NCBI RefSeq assembly: GCF_000315625.1
Contig: NW_005434580.1
Coordinates: 37,261-101,260 of the forward strand
Direction of reading: 5' to 3'
DNA from: Guillardia theta CCMP2712
Taxonomy: Eukaryota > Protista > Cryptophyta
Length of the DNA: 64,000 bases
Shown piece by piece: positions 28,001 to 40,162 of the stretch. The notes under the pieces are model-generated. The model saw nothing but the letters and a program-made list of their open reading frames with translations. It did not search any database and had not been told where the DNA came from. Position 1 is the first letter of the stretch. Every line of letters begins with the position of its first letter. A program made the position numbers and the translations under genes.

Positions 28001-28191
28001 AGGGGCGGTAGAAGAGAGGCGAGGAGGGCAATAGCATTCCTGCCTGATGCGATTCTTGTGGTGTCGTGTCTTCACGGGTTCTGTTCATGTTGACATCGTT
28101 GTCTTGTTCCATCTACTGCATCGTCTCTCACGATATGCGGCAGGTGAAGAAGATCGCATCAAAGAACAACACTCCTCTCTATGGGCAATGA
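25063..28191 (+). CDS. Mitogen-activated protein kinase (ERK/plant MPK-like) with TAY activation loop
   Basis: [98 protein letters not shown]. Extra 5' exons possible from ~24749. Confidence 0.9.
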
Positions 28192-28535
28192 CGAGAAACA
28201 CGTTAAACTGATTTTGAAACGGAAGGCACGAGGCAGGGAGACGAATTGATTGTTGTTTGTGCGATATTTACAACAAGGCAAAACAAGATCTCAAGGTTGT
28301 TCAGATCAATTCCTTCGCAGGAGTGTCCTACAAGCTTCATCAATCCGTACGATTGACATTGAATTTTTTCTCTTTTTCCCTTTCACTTCTCCTTCTTGCT
28401 TTCTCTTCTCGTCTTGGATCTACATGTCACATTTTCTTTTCTCATCCTTTTCCCTCATACAATCACCAGCATACTTCTTTCCCATTTTCTTCGCTCCCTC
28501 CCAATCCTGCGCTCATGTGCTCCCTCCTCCTCTCC

Positions 28536-29595
28536 TTATGATATCCTCTGAAAGTCTTGTCGGCATCTCCCTCCTGCAACTCCTGCAAACCCTGCAGCCT
28601 TGTAAGCCCTTTGATCCTCCTTCTTCCCTCCCCTCTCCCCCCACTGCCCCCTCATACTCCCCCTTTCAGCTCCCTGTCCCCTCCCTCCTCCCTCCCTTCC
28701 TCCCCCCTCTCTCTCCTGTTCCCTCACTCCTCTCCATCCCCCCCTCATTTCCTCACCTTGTTGAAATCTCTCTACGTTCCCCGCGTACCATCCTCGCAGT
28801 TTCCCCTTCAGCTTCTTCTTCCTCCTGCCCGCCGTCTTGCCCGCTGCCGTTATCCTCACTTTCCACACCTCATCGTAGCACACGCTGTTCCCCGGCAGCC
28901 ACGAAGGCTCCGGCCAGCTCTCCGACCTGCCGTCCAGCTCACTGTCATGGTCAGCACAAGCCGAGCAGAGGCACTTACGGGCACTGATCGGGCCAGGCCG
29001 CAAAGTCCTCGGCGTTGGGAGCGCCGAGGGAGCGAACGATGTCTGGGATGAGCTCATGGTGCCAGGAGACGAGGGCAGTGTCGCCGCAGGAGAGAGAGCT
29101 GAGGAGGAGTAGGAGAGACGACATGTCTTTCTTGCCGATGGAGCTCTCCACCGGCAGCCCGAGCTGCTCGGAGAGGGGGAGGAGCGTGTCGAAGGCTCGA
29201 GAGCTCTTACCTGGCTCTGTCCTCGCTGCGACGAGGCGGTTCGGAGGTCCTCTGTCTAGGATCCTTGACACGTGCAGCGAGCAGTTGGAGATGTAGACGG
29301 CACGTGCATGCCCGACCATGCTCAGACCGTTGTCGGAGGAGTCTGCTGGCTTCTCACCATGGCGTACAATGATGACCTCGGCTTGGCAGATAGGAGAGCT
29401 GCGAGAGGAAATGTCACCCACCAGGAGAACGCTCATGAGGAGGACGAGGAAGAGGGTCCCTAGTAGAGTGACTTTGGTGAGGCAGGGCAAGAAGCGCTTT
29501 GCGTTCCCTTCTTCCTCCTCCTCCTCTGCTTCACTGGGAGAACGCGGGATGTTGTACTCGTCGTCATCTGGTAGTTGATGGAGAGGTGCAAACAT
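28536..29595 (-). CDS. Histidine phosphatase (phosphoglycerate mutase-like) with N-terminal membrane anchor
   Basis: VIIVRHGEKP..GLSMVGHARA..SSRAFDTLLPL..LVSWHHELIP; hydrophobic VTLLGTLFLVLLMSVLLV; intron with GTAAGT donor after WPDQCP. Confidence 0.8.
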
Positions 29596-29770
29596 GGTCT
29601 GACCTACGAATCCATCAAAAGTCAAACGTAATTCGCATTTTCGTCATTGTAGGCGTTCTTCATCAATCCCCTTCCCTCGCTGCCTGCCCCTAGCTGTTCC
29701 GCTTTCTCTCTCTTACTGCGTGCCTGGTGTGCAATACTTCCAGTCTTCCGTCGTCTTCTCCTCTGTCTAT

Positions 29771-29923
<153 letters not shown>

Positions 29924-30322
29924 CCTCCTTCTCTTTCCCTCGCTCCCTCTCCCTCTCCGCTCCTACCTTGCTACCATCACTCTTCTCCCTCCCTCTCCCT
30001 CCCTCTCCCTCCCCTCCCCCTCTCCCATCTGCTCTCCGATCTGCTCCCTCTGTACTAGCTGTTGGGCCATGGCGCCCGGCGGGCGTAGCTTCGAACTTTA
30101 AAACTTTGAAAGTTTGAATTTTCGAAGAACCTCCAAACTTTCATAGTCGCACTCAAACATTTTGGAACTTTTCAAGTTTTGAACTATGGACGCCTCAAAC
30201 TTTTCAAGTTTTTACTGTCAAAGTTTCAAACTTTTATCTTTCAGCGCCCGGCGGATCGTAGGGGGCGGGTTACTGTAGTAAATTTGGTACAGTGTGAAGG
30301 GGAAAGGAAAAGGCAAGGTTAT

Positions 30323-31222
30323 ATGGCGCAGATCGGCGCGACCAACGGTGCAAGCGGCATGCTCGCGCTGGAAGGAGAGAGGCGGGAGGTAGGAGACGGG
30401 AGCGAACATGCAGGAGCGAAGAGCAACGAGCTCGCAGGGAGCCTTTGCCTGCATGCAGAGAAGATGGGTGCAGGGCTGCAGAAAGATTCTTCGGAAGAAG
30501 CGATAACGACACCGAGGTCGTGCGCGTCTTCTTCTGCTGGGTCATGCTGCCGCCGGCCACTCAGCCTGAACAGGAGGGTGATGGATATGCACAGCAATGA
30601 TCTCTACTTCTTCTCTGAGCTGAGCAGGGCAGAGGGAATCGAGGTCGGCAAGTCATGGCTGCTGGAGAGTACGGGAGTCTCCCTCTCTAGAGCGTCTTCC
30701 CGGTCCTCTTCCCCCGTCCGCTCACCAAGCAGAGGATCTTGCAGACTCAAGCTAACGATCCCTTCCTCGCCAAGAACCAAGCGAAGCTCGCCCATCCCCA
30801 CACCGATGGACAGGAGAAGGCGGTTGAGTGATGTGATAGAGGCGTTTGAGAACGATTACTTCGCAAGGGCCATGAGCTCACGGAATCTCCTCGAGTTGGC
30901 AGCGCCTCACGACACTTTCGTCCATGAGCAGATCTGGGACTTCGTCTGCTATCTGCTCATGAGCTGCCTGAGGCTGCTCCGCTACCTGCTGTCGACTTCC
31001 ATCATGGACCTGGAGCTGGAGACGTGCAGCAACCTACTGCCAGGGGGGTTGATAACTTTCAAGAGCCTATGGACAAGATCGTCAAGTTCATCAACTCAAG
31101 ACAGCAGCGACAGCAAGGGGTCTTCCTCTCCTGAGAGTTTGCTATCCAAGTCGTCAACCCCGAGGACCAGGAGCGCAGTGAAGCAGGAGTCCACTGTCTC
31201 AGACCCGACGGCTCTTAAGTGA
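30323..31222 (+). CDS. Intronless Ser/Arg-rich hypothetical protein
   Basis: Long non-repetitive ORF (track 30179-31222) with likely ATG at 30323 (MAQIG). Confidence 0.65.
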   Translation: MAQIGATNGASGMLALEGERREVGDGSEHAGAKSNELAGSLCLHAEKMGAGLQKDSSEEAITTPRSCASSSAGSCCRRPLSLNRRVMDMHSNDLYFFSELSRAEGIEVGKSWLLESTGVSLSRASSRSSSPVRSPSRGSCRLKLTIPSSPRTKRSSPIPTPMDRRRRLSDVIEAFENDYFARAMSSRNLLELAAPHDTFVHEQIWDFVCYLLMSCLRLLRYLLSTSIMDLELETCSNLLPGGLITFKSLWTRSSSSSTQDSSDSKGSSSPESLLSKSSTPRTRSAVKQESTVSDPTALK

Positions 31223-31288
31223 GCGTGTGAGTTTGAAAGGAGCGTGTAATTTTCTGTCCGAGTAAAGGTGTACGTGTTGTTGTGCCCT

Positions 31289-33932
31289 CTAGCTGCTGAG
31301 CGCCGGGTTCTCCGTCTTGGCTGCTGTTCCGTCATACGTCGACTTGCAGCAGTCACTGTACTGTTGCGAACATGTCAGTTGTCTCCAACCTCTCAAACCC
31401 CATTCTATCCTCCCCTGCAACACCCTCCCCTCCCCACTTCCTCCCCCCATCCCCCCTCTCTATCCCCTTCCCACCTTCTGTACGCGCAGCGAGACCCCTG
31501 GCATGAGCTTCTTGGGACGCACGTCCTGATCGAAGATGCGGATGGGCTGCCATGACGTTGTTATGAGTATAGGAGGAGGAGGAGGAGGAGGAGGAGGAGG
31601 GAGGAGGGAGGAGGAGGAGGGAGGAGGGANNNNNNNNNNNNNNNNNNNNNNNNNNNNNNNNNNNNNNNNNNNNNNNNNNNNNNNNNNNNNNNNNNNNNNN
31701 NNNNNNNNNNNNNNNNNNNNNNNNNNNNNGTCCGTAATAAAGAAGGAGGAGGAGGAGGAGGAGAGGGTAACGAAAGGGTGGAGGGAGAGGATCAAGAGCA
31801 TCTCACAATTGCCAGCGTTGCCACTGCGTTCGGTACGTCGACTATGCCCGAGATTCTGCCCTCAGCTGGGGCGCAGGAGAGGAGCAGGTAGACCTGGGGC
31901 ATCGGTCAGGAGGAGGAGTTCAAGTTTATGTATCAACACCTGCTCCTTTGAGTACCCGAACTTTGAAAGGTAGTCGATGGCGTTCAGAACGGCGCGCTTG
32001 TAGGCGACGGAGGCGTCGAGAAAATGCTGCAGGTCAAAGATGGCGTGAGAGACGGGAAGATAGGGAGAGAAAGAGCAAAGGAAAACAAGAGATACGGGAG
32101 GGAGAAAGGGGGCAGAGCAGAGCAAGGGACGAAGAAAGGAAGGTGGGTGAAAGGTACGGAAGCTGTAGGGGAGGGACAGGAGGGTGAAAGGAGAGCGGGA
32201 GGAAGGTGAGATGTAGGGGAGAAAAAGGAGAGGGAGAGGAGAGGGAGGGGAGGAAGAGGAGGGGGGGGTCAGGGGGATGGTTAGAGGGTAAGAGGAAGGT
32301 GTGATGTAGGAAGAGGAGGAAGAGGAGAGGGATTTCAGGGGACTTTGCAGGTCGACCTGCTTTCCGGACTCATCGACCGAAATGCCTTCAAAGACGAGCC
32401 ACTCGGAGAAACGAGGCTCGCACGGGCCGATCTCGAAGATCGGGTTCACGTGAAGCTTCGTTGGCCCCATGGGGGTCATGTACCTTCGAGAGCGAGCGTG
32501 TCAAGCACAGCGAGTAGCGAGGACGGAGAACTCGCTGACTCTGCTCTCCCTCCCTCCCTTCCTTTTGCTCTGAAGTCTCGCTCTCCCTCCGTCCGCCCCT
32601 CCTCCGTCCGTCCCTCGCTCCCCTCGTTCCCTCGCCCCCTCCCCTCGCTCCGAAGCTCCGTCTCGCCCTTGCTCCCTCCATCCCTCAGTCCTCTCCTCGC
32701 TCCCTTGCTCCCTCGCCCACTCTGGCTCTCCCTCCCTTTCGCTGTCGTTGGCTTCCTCGCTCCTTATCCCCTCTCCTTCAGCTCCTTCTCTCTTGCCCTC
32801 TAACTTGGCTCCACTCACATTTCCATCCCGTTGCGGATGATCTCGGTCTTGAGAACAAGGAAGCCGCTCATCTCGATAGCTCCGCAGAACGAAACCTCTC
32901 CATCCCCCTGCCAGCCTCTTCAGCCGCCGCACCCTCTCACACTCTGCTGGTCACCTGAGAGAAGTGCATGTCTCCCATAGACAAGTTCGCTCCCTCCACG
33001 AAGACAGGGAAGTAAACCTTGCACCCTCTAGAAAGGTTCTTAATGTCGCAGTTGCCTCCGTTCTCCCGTCCGGGAACTGTTCGGGCTGCTTCACTTGCCA
33101 TCTTCTCCCACTGCGGGCTCCCCTTGGGCACCCCTCCCAGCAACGCTCCTTTCGGCTCGGGCAAGCACGCGAGGGGCCTCGTGTGAAGGCATCCGCAGAG
33201 GGTAGTACTCTTCTCGCCTCCTTCCACCAGCTTCTTCTCCCTCTCGTTCCAGATCGCTAGGAGCTCATGGGACGGGGCAGTCCCGATGAGCCCGGGGTGG
33301 ATAAGGCCTGGGAAGCGGACACCGGGGATGTGGCGGCTATGCGCGAACATCCCATCGAAGTTCCAGATCGCCTTGGCTGCCGCTGGGAAGTGATCAGTCA
33401 AGAACCCGCCGCCATTGTCTCGGTCAAAGATGCCGGTGAAGCCCCACTCGTCTCCGGGCAGAGGTCCGAGCTAGGATGACAGTCAGGGGCAGCGCAAGGG
33501 AGGAAGGGACGACGTGCACGTCCTACCTCCACGATCTCCACGACCAGGATGTCCCCTGGCATAGCTGCCTTGGCATCAGCGTCTTCGATTCGGAAGGGTC
33601 CTGACAGGTAGTGAACTTGATTGAGATCGACATGCTTGATGTCGTCAGACGAGTCGTCGTCTTTGATCTGCCCACCTGCCAGTCCGACAAGTCACCACCA
33701 AGGACATGCTTCTCTCAGCACGAGCGAGGATACCTGTCCAGTCTATCGTTTCAACTCGGAAGAGCTGCCCTTCTCGGATGGTTGCAACAGGAGGAATGTC
33801 GGGATGCCATCTGTTGTGCAGTGGTGGGCTCTGCTCCCATGCCTTCTTTGAGACGTCAACCTTCGAAGCTTGCAATGGAGTGCTTGGAGGCATCTGAAAT
33901 CGAATCAGCAGCGTCACTCTTACTTGTACCAT
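31289..33932 (-). CDS. fmdA: Formamidase (acetamidase/formamidase FmdA/AmdA family)
   Basis: LHNRWHPDIPPVA, VHYLSGP, PGRENGGNCDIKNLSRG, GDMHFSQ|GDGEVSFCGAIEMSG, FSEWLVFEGISVDE, AIDYLSKFGYSKEQ, GIVDVPNAVATLA. The gap at 31630-31729 lies in an intron. Confidence 0.93.
31630..31729. other. Assembly gap
   Basis: N run. Confidence 1.
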
Positions 33933-36040
33933 GGCAGCGAGTCTGAATCATCTTTTTATGTGCTTCATTTAGACTGTCAATTCTCAAGCTTGAAGCTCCC
34001 TCTTTCCCACTCCGTTTGAAAATCTAGTCCCAGTTTGCGTCTTACAACTATGATATTTACCTTCCTTGGTTCTCAAGATAGATTGGTTCAGAGGTGTTCT
34101 TTATCACTTTGCCTTCTTCCTACATTGCTACATCTCATACACTTCTGCCATGTCTCGCCTTCTAGCTTCGCACTTTCTGTTCCCTCCAGCCCCTTGCGCT
34201 ACACCGCTGACATGGAATCCGGGCACCCTTGCAAGGCAAGGCCAAACGCTGCGATTTTGGAGCCTTTCGGGTCCTCTGACTCCGGTTGCAACCTTTTCCG
34301 ACAGATACTTCAGTGCCGCCCGGCCCGGCCGCCTTGGGCCGATTGGGCCCGGGGCCCGGGCCGGCCCAGACCAGACCGTGTCGGAGTCCGGCCGGCCCGG
34401 CGGGCCGCGCCGTAGTACTCTCCTGATTGTCCTCGTACTGATCTTTAACTTAACTTTGAGTAAACTTTTGCCACCGGAAGTGGCTCTTCAGAGCAAATCT
34501 GAGGCGGTGGCGAATTCCTGAAAGTTGACTAATGATGAAAGGTACCTATGTCGAAAGGCCGGGCCGCTGGAGAAGCCTGACGGCTCTGCCGATCGTGATG
34601 ATGACCGGGCACTTGAAGACCCGAGTGCGCCTCAGGTGATCAATTTTAATGTTGATTGTGTGACGCATTGACGTTAAACCATGCTTTTTAACGTTAAACA
34701 TCCACTTGGACGTTAAAAAGTGTCACGTCCAGATCTTGTTGGGCCGCTGTAGCGTCGGTTCGGAGGTAGGCGAGATGAGCCTTAAATTAGCTAGATTTGC
34801 CTAAATTAACTGATATGAAACTTAAATCTCAACGGTTTTAATTTGGAAGCCGCAGTTAACGCACGGTCTCCAAGGAACAAAAAATTGTGCTCACGGCCTG
34901 ATTTGAAATTGGATAAAATTGTTCAACATCGTGGTCTTATATCGAAACCTTGAGCATACGATTTCAAAATTTATTTTCAGGGGTTAAAGGGGGCTCATCT
35001 CTTGCGCCCCTAGAAGCACGGACAAAGATGGAAGGTTCTCGCTAGCGAGGGTTACCACCGGTCATTGTATGCAGATATTCATGGGATCGTGGGGGTTCAC
35101 TTCGAAAGGGGTCCTTGTTCGAAAGGCTATCACTTGTTGATTAAGTCAACTCGCAACTGCTGACAGACTTCTTCCCCCTCAGCAAAAACCCCATCGTTTG
35201 AACGACCAGGGATTCGAACATACATTTGTTGGATTCATGTATAACTTATATTACTACATGGCGGCTGCTCGGACACAACATCCGTGCACCACCATTTTTA
35301 CTTCACCCCCTACATTGTTCTTGAAACATACCATAACCCCAAAATGCTCTATCAAAGTACCCGGTAGATAGTCAACCAAATCATACCCTACCCTGATGTT
35401 TTGCAGGTAACGTGACATCATTGGCCTCCAGCTGAAAATGCAAGATTTAGCAGTTTCACTCCTAAATTACTACTGATATTAAATTGGTACCACCATACCT
35501 TCTAGACCCCATGAGGACAACGATTGGTTTTCAAGATTTTGATGGGGTACTTGAGGGTCATATCATCATGCTTCAGAGAAAAGGTAGGGTATTCAAACCT
35601 AATAATGGGGGTGAAGACGAAGGAGGTAGAATCAAATCGTAGGGTGGGTCACATGTCCCAGTGAAGTGGTTGGTAGCTAGGGTTTGTCTGTTTGGTTCTG
35701 TTTGATCCAGAGGGTGGGTACAGGAATGGTTCGTGGGGTCTACCAGTACGGGTTATTCTTCCAGTAAAATAGGCTGGAGATGACGGGTGATAAATGTCCC
35801 AGTTTTTACAAAGATGGGGTGGAGGAGGAAGAGGGTGGTGTATTGGTGAGCTAAAAGGGGGTAGGGGTGGGGGAGGAGAATATATCTAAGGGTTGGGTTG
35901 ACGGAACGACAGAAGAGGACAGCGAAAGGAAATTGGAACGTAGTTCAGCACAAGGACAAGAACAGTGAACGGTGTGAACAGTTAAAGATTGCTGTTTTGA
36001 GGGAGCAAACAAAGGAACATATTCACCGACAACATTTACT

Positions 36041-36736
36041 ATGTGTGAGATGAGGGCGAAAACTGTAGAGCATATCCATCCTGGCTCCAAGCATGCGCGG
36101 AGACAGAGCGTGGAGGAGGTTGTGGAGAGCATGCCTTTGGGCCTGCTCGCTCAAAAGGGACGCGTATTGTTGGAACCGGTTGAACCATTCTTTATTACTA
36201 GCGTCGATGGCCCTGCCACTGCATTGCTTGGCAAGAGCTCGTCGAGGATTACTGGAAGGATGCTGAGGTCTATTGATTCTTGCGTGGGAGGAAACAAGAG
36301 CCTCTGCGCGGCAGCTCGTACGGCACTGCATGAGAACAAGAGAGTGTTTCTCACTCTCCCCCGCCCTGTTGGCAATGGGATCCTGATCTTGGCCTTCCAA
36401 TCGAAGCCAACGACCACCGGAGTGGATCGTATCGAGCTGCTCATCTTCCCCACCCAGGAAGGGCTCGATTTGGAGATCAAGGATCCTCTCGTTGAGAGCA
36501 TGCGGGTTCCTAGCGCGCACACCGCACTGGAGGTCAAGATCTCATCCAACTCAGGAAGGGACAGTCCTGACAAGGACTTGGAGATCTCCGATGAGGAGAT
36601 GCAGGATTCCCAGAGCGGAGACGATGAGCTGTTCGACTACAACATCGACGTCAAGACAACCCCAAGGCACAAGATTGCTGATTTTGAGGTTGAGAATTTT
36701 GATCTGAGCAACACCCTCAGTGCTCTTCGCTTGTAA
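36041..36736 (+). CDS. Hypothetical protein with a degenerate PAS-like domain and acidic tail
   Basis: Intronless ORF. VLLEPVEPFFITSVDGPATALLGKSSSRITGRMLRSI resembles a PAS N-terminal half but lacks the LOV GRNCRFLQ motif. Confidence 0.6.
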   Translation: MCEMRAKTVEHIHPGSKHARRQSVEEVVESMPLGLLAQKGRVLLEPVEPFFITSVDGPATALLGKSSSRITGRMLRSIDSCVGGNKSLCAAARTALHENKRVFLTLPRPVGNGILILAFQSKPTTTGVDRIELLIFPTQEGLDLEIKDPLVESMRVPSAHTALEVKISSNSGRDSPDKDLEISDEEMQDSQSGDDELFDYNIDVKTTPRHKIADFEVENFDLSNTLSALRL

Positions 36737-37145
36737 ACTGTAAACTAGTTTCTATTCGTTCCAATAAACTGATTGGATCACACTGCTCTGGAATGATTTG
36801 TTGATTTATTACTTGCGAAACTGCATGTAGGATGTTGAAGACTGTACTAAACAGTTAATCTCCTCAATGTCTTCTAATTGCCTTCATTGTATAACACAGT
36901 CTGGCATCCGCAACAGAGAACTGTACTGAATTCTACAGAAGCATCAGAAACAGGAAAGATACTTTCAAACCTTACATGCGGAATCGCCGCAGCTCCTGCC
37001 ATTCTTCCATGGTGATCGCGTTGTTCTGAGATGTGAGATATCATAAAAGTTGTCTGATTGGTCGTCACGATCATGATGTCATTGCATCATCATCATCATC
37101 ATCATCATCTCCATCATCATCATCATCATCTCCATTATCATCATC

Positions 37146-39679
37146 TCATTCATCATCAGTTTTGTTGCGCACCAAAATGAATGAGTTGTTACGGTGGAGG
37201 TTGAGAACGCCCGGAATTTCAAACTTGTTGCAAATTGAGTTCTTAGTCTTGAGAGATGAACGAGTTACCTTGCAGACAGGACAAGAAGCATTCCTATGAA
37301 ACCATTCGCGGATGCAGTGGAAATGAAAGAGATGTCTGCCGCAAACAACAGGAAGCAAGTCCAGCATGAGAATGGCGAGCAAGGCAGGTTCACACAGAAT
37401 TCACCTGCAAGGCAGGGAGACAGCGTTTCCATCCTCGAATTTGAGGTTCTCGTAACAAATTATGCAGCTGAAATCCTCCTCCTGCTCTATCGTCATCTCT
37501 TATCCTCCTTCCTCCCCTCCTCCCCTCCTCGCTCCCCCCACACTACCTCCCCCAAACAAACACGCACGCACACACCGCTGCGCCCGATCCTCCATCATTC
37601 TCTCCCCTTCCATCGCTCGATCCCCCTCCACTTGCTCCCTCCCTTTCTCGTTCCGTCTCTCTCTTCACCTGCCCTTCTCCATCCTCCGGCCTCTCGCTGC
37701 TGGGAATCTCCGACAAGGTGGTGGAGGGAGAGGGGAGGGAAGGAGATGCCCTTCGCGCTCCTCCGAAGAATCCCCGAGGTGGTCTCTCATACCACTTCAT
37801 GAGAACGCCTCCTCCTCGTACGAGGTCGACAGGCTGGAGGTGGAGGAGCCTGGAGCAGGAACGATGAGTGGAGAGGAGAGGAGGAGGAAGAGAAGGCAAG
37901 GGACCCGTCTTCGAGAGGATGTTGAGTGGCCTTGATGATCCCCAAGGAGATCTGGAGTGAGGAGGACAGGAGGAGGATGTATAAGTGAGGAAGAAGGTAG
38001 ATAAAGATATGAGGAGGAGACAGGGAGAAAAGAGAAGACAGAGTTAGAAAGGTAAGCCTTGCGGTGACATCCTCCTCCTCTTCACCTTTGTGCCGAACGG
38101 ACCAAGAAAGCAGTTGCGAAGCCTACAAGATGACGTTAAAGGAAAGTTTGAGAGCAAGAAGGGGAGGGAAGGAAAACGGTTCGTTGGTTGAACAAGTTCG
38201 AGAAAAGACTGAGAGCAGGACGGGGAGCAAGACCAGACGAAGAAGGAGAAGGAGAAGGAAAAGAAAAAGGAGAAGGAGAAGGAGAAGATGGAGGAAGAGA
38301 AGGAGAGGGTGGGGGAGAAGAAAAGGAGGAGGAGGAGAAGGAGGAGAAGGAGGAGAAGGAGGAGGAGAGGAAGAGGGAGAGGGAGAAAGAGAAGGTGGAG
38401 GAGAAGAAAAAGGAGAAGAAGGAGAAGAAAAAGGAGGAGGCGAGGGAGAAGGAGAAGGGGAAGGTGGAGGAGGAGAGAGGATGGAGGATCGCGTTCTCAA
38501 CCTTGTCGACGTCCACCCGATGATTCTCTCATTATTTACACTAACAACAACATCCCCAACCTGCGGCTTTCATGCTCAAGAACCCTCTGCATCCCAACCC
38601 ATCTCTCCAACTTTCCTCTCTTCTTCTCACGCTGGAACTCATCCTTCTCTCCTTCACTTTGACTCACGCATGAAGCAAGTGTACTCGCCTATCTCCCTCT
38701 CTCTCCCCTCCCCTCTGTCCCCTTCAGCTTCTCTTACCCCGATCTCGCCACTCTGTGCAGCTGCTCCTCCAGGAACAAGCATCTGAACGACTCCTCCCTG
38801 ATGCAAGATGTTCCTCACCAACGGCAACAGCAGGTAGACAAAGATGAAAGAGGCTGCAAGAGGGGAGGAATGACAAAGAGCAGGAGCGAGAGGGCGGCAG
38901 GAGCCCGGAGCAGAAGACAGGAGGCAAGCAGACCTGAGGGCAGGGATCGAGTCCTAGGCCGATTCCAAAAAGAGGAACAACAGACCGCTGACCCGTCACC
39001 TGCAGGGAAGCATCAACAAGAAAGGAATACTAGCACACAAGTGTGGAGTGGAGGATGGGAGAAAAACGGAATGGGAGAAGGGTAGAGAGGGAGGGAGGGA
39101 GGGAGGGAGGGAGGGAGGGAGGGAGGGAGAGGAGGGAGAGAGGGAGGGAGGGAGGGAGGAGGGAGGGAGGGGAGGGAGGGAGGAAACGGACGAAACGGAA
39201 AAAGGGGNNNNNNNNNNNNNNNNNNNNNNNNNNNNNNNNNNNNNNNNNNNNNNNNNNNNNNNNNNNNNNNNNNNNNNNNNNNNNNNNNNNNNNNNNNNNN
39301 NNNNNNNGAGGAGGGAGGGAGAGGAGGGAGGGAGGGGAGGGAGGGAGAGAGGGAGAGAGGGAGGGAGGGAGGGAGGGAGGGAGAGCAGGGAGAGAGAAAC
39401 GACAACGAAAAGGGAGTGCAGTAGAGCAAGAGGGAGAGAGGGAGGGGAGGGAGAGGACACTTACATGCGAGAGCTGGATCCTCTCAAGGATGACTTCGAT
39501 GAGGTACGCTTGGTCGGTCTGCGACTCCTCGATCAAATCTCCATCCTCGTTGTAGGTTTGCATCCATTCATCGTAACGCAGCAGCGTGAGGTTGACCTGG
39601 TGGTGAGCTCAGGTGACAAGCGTGGATAGCAGCCAGTAAGCCCTCCCTCGTCCTCCTCATCCTCATCCTCTTCCTCTTC

Positions 39680-39721
<42 letters not shown>

Positions 39722-40162
39722 CCCTCTCCTGCTCCTCTCCTCCTCTGCCCTTCTGTCCATCCGCCCCTGCCCATCTCTCTCCTCCTTCACCTCTTCCTCT
39801 CCCTCACCTGCGTTCCAATCTCTCCTGTTATCAGCGAGGCAGCAAACTCCATGCTCCTGCCAAGAAGAGGCTCCCCGTCGATCGCCATTATGAAATCCCC
39901 GATCTGTCACCTCCAAATCAACCGCTACCCTCCATCCTTCTCTCCTCACCTGCACTTGCCCGCTCATGGCAGCACTGCCGTTAGGAACAAGGTCACGGAC
40001 GAAGAAGCTTCCGTCCGACCTCCTCGTCAGATGCACCCCCACACCTTTAGAGAGAGGAAGTGAGCTGGAAACCAGCTTCTTCATCCCAGAGCAAGAGCCT
40101 TGCTTCTCACCTGTCCTTCCCGACATCGACTCTTCGACGTCCGAGCTCGCGCTTCTAGACAT
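37146..40162 (-). CDS. PDZ-PDZ-RING-H2 protein (candidate E3 ubiquitin ligase)
   Basis: PDZ1: GVGVHL..FFVRDLVPNGSAAMSGQVQ|IGDFIMAIDG. PDZ2: GIGLGL..VQMLVPGGAAAQSGEIG|VGDVVVSVNN..LGPFGTK|ISLGI. RING-H2: CIICYENL..LPCR|HLFHFHCIREWFHRNASCPVCK. Confidence 0.75.
39208..39307. other. Assembly gap in a (GGGA)n intron
   Basis: N run. Confidence 1.

Noticed and set aside
31289-33932. Formamidase as a recent bacterial transfer
   Set aside because: Many introns, and the family is widespread in plants, fungi and algae.
36041-36736. LOV photoreceptor
   Set aside because: The flavin-binding GRNCRFLQ cysteine motif is absent.
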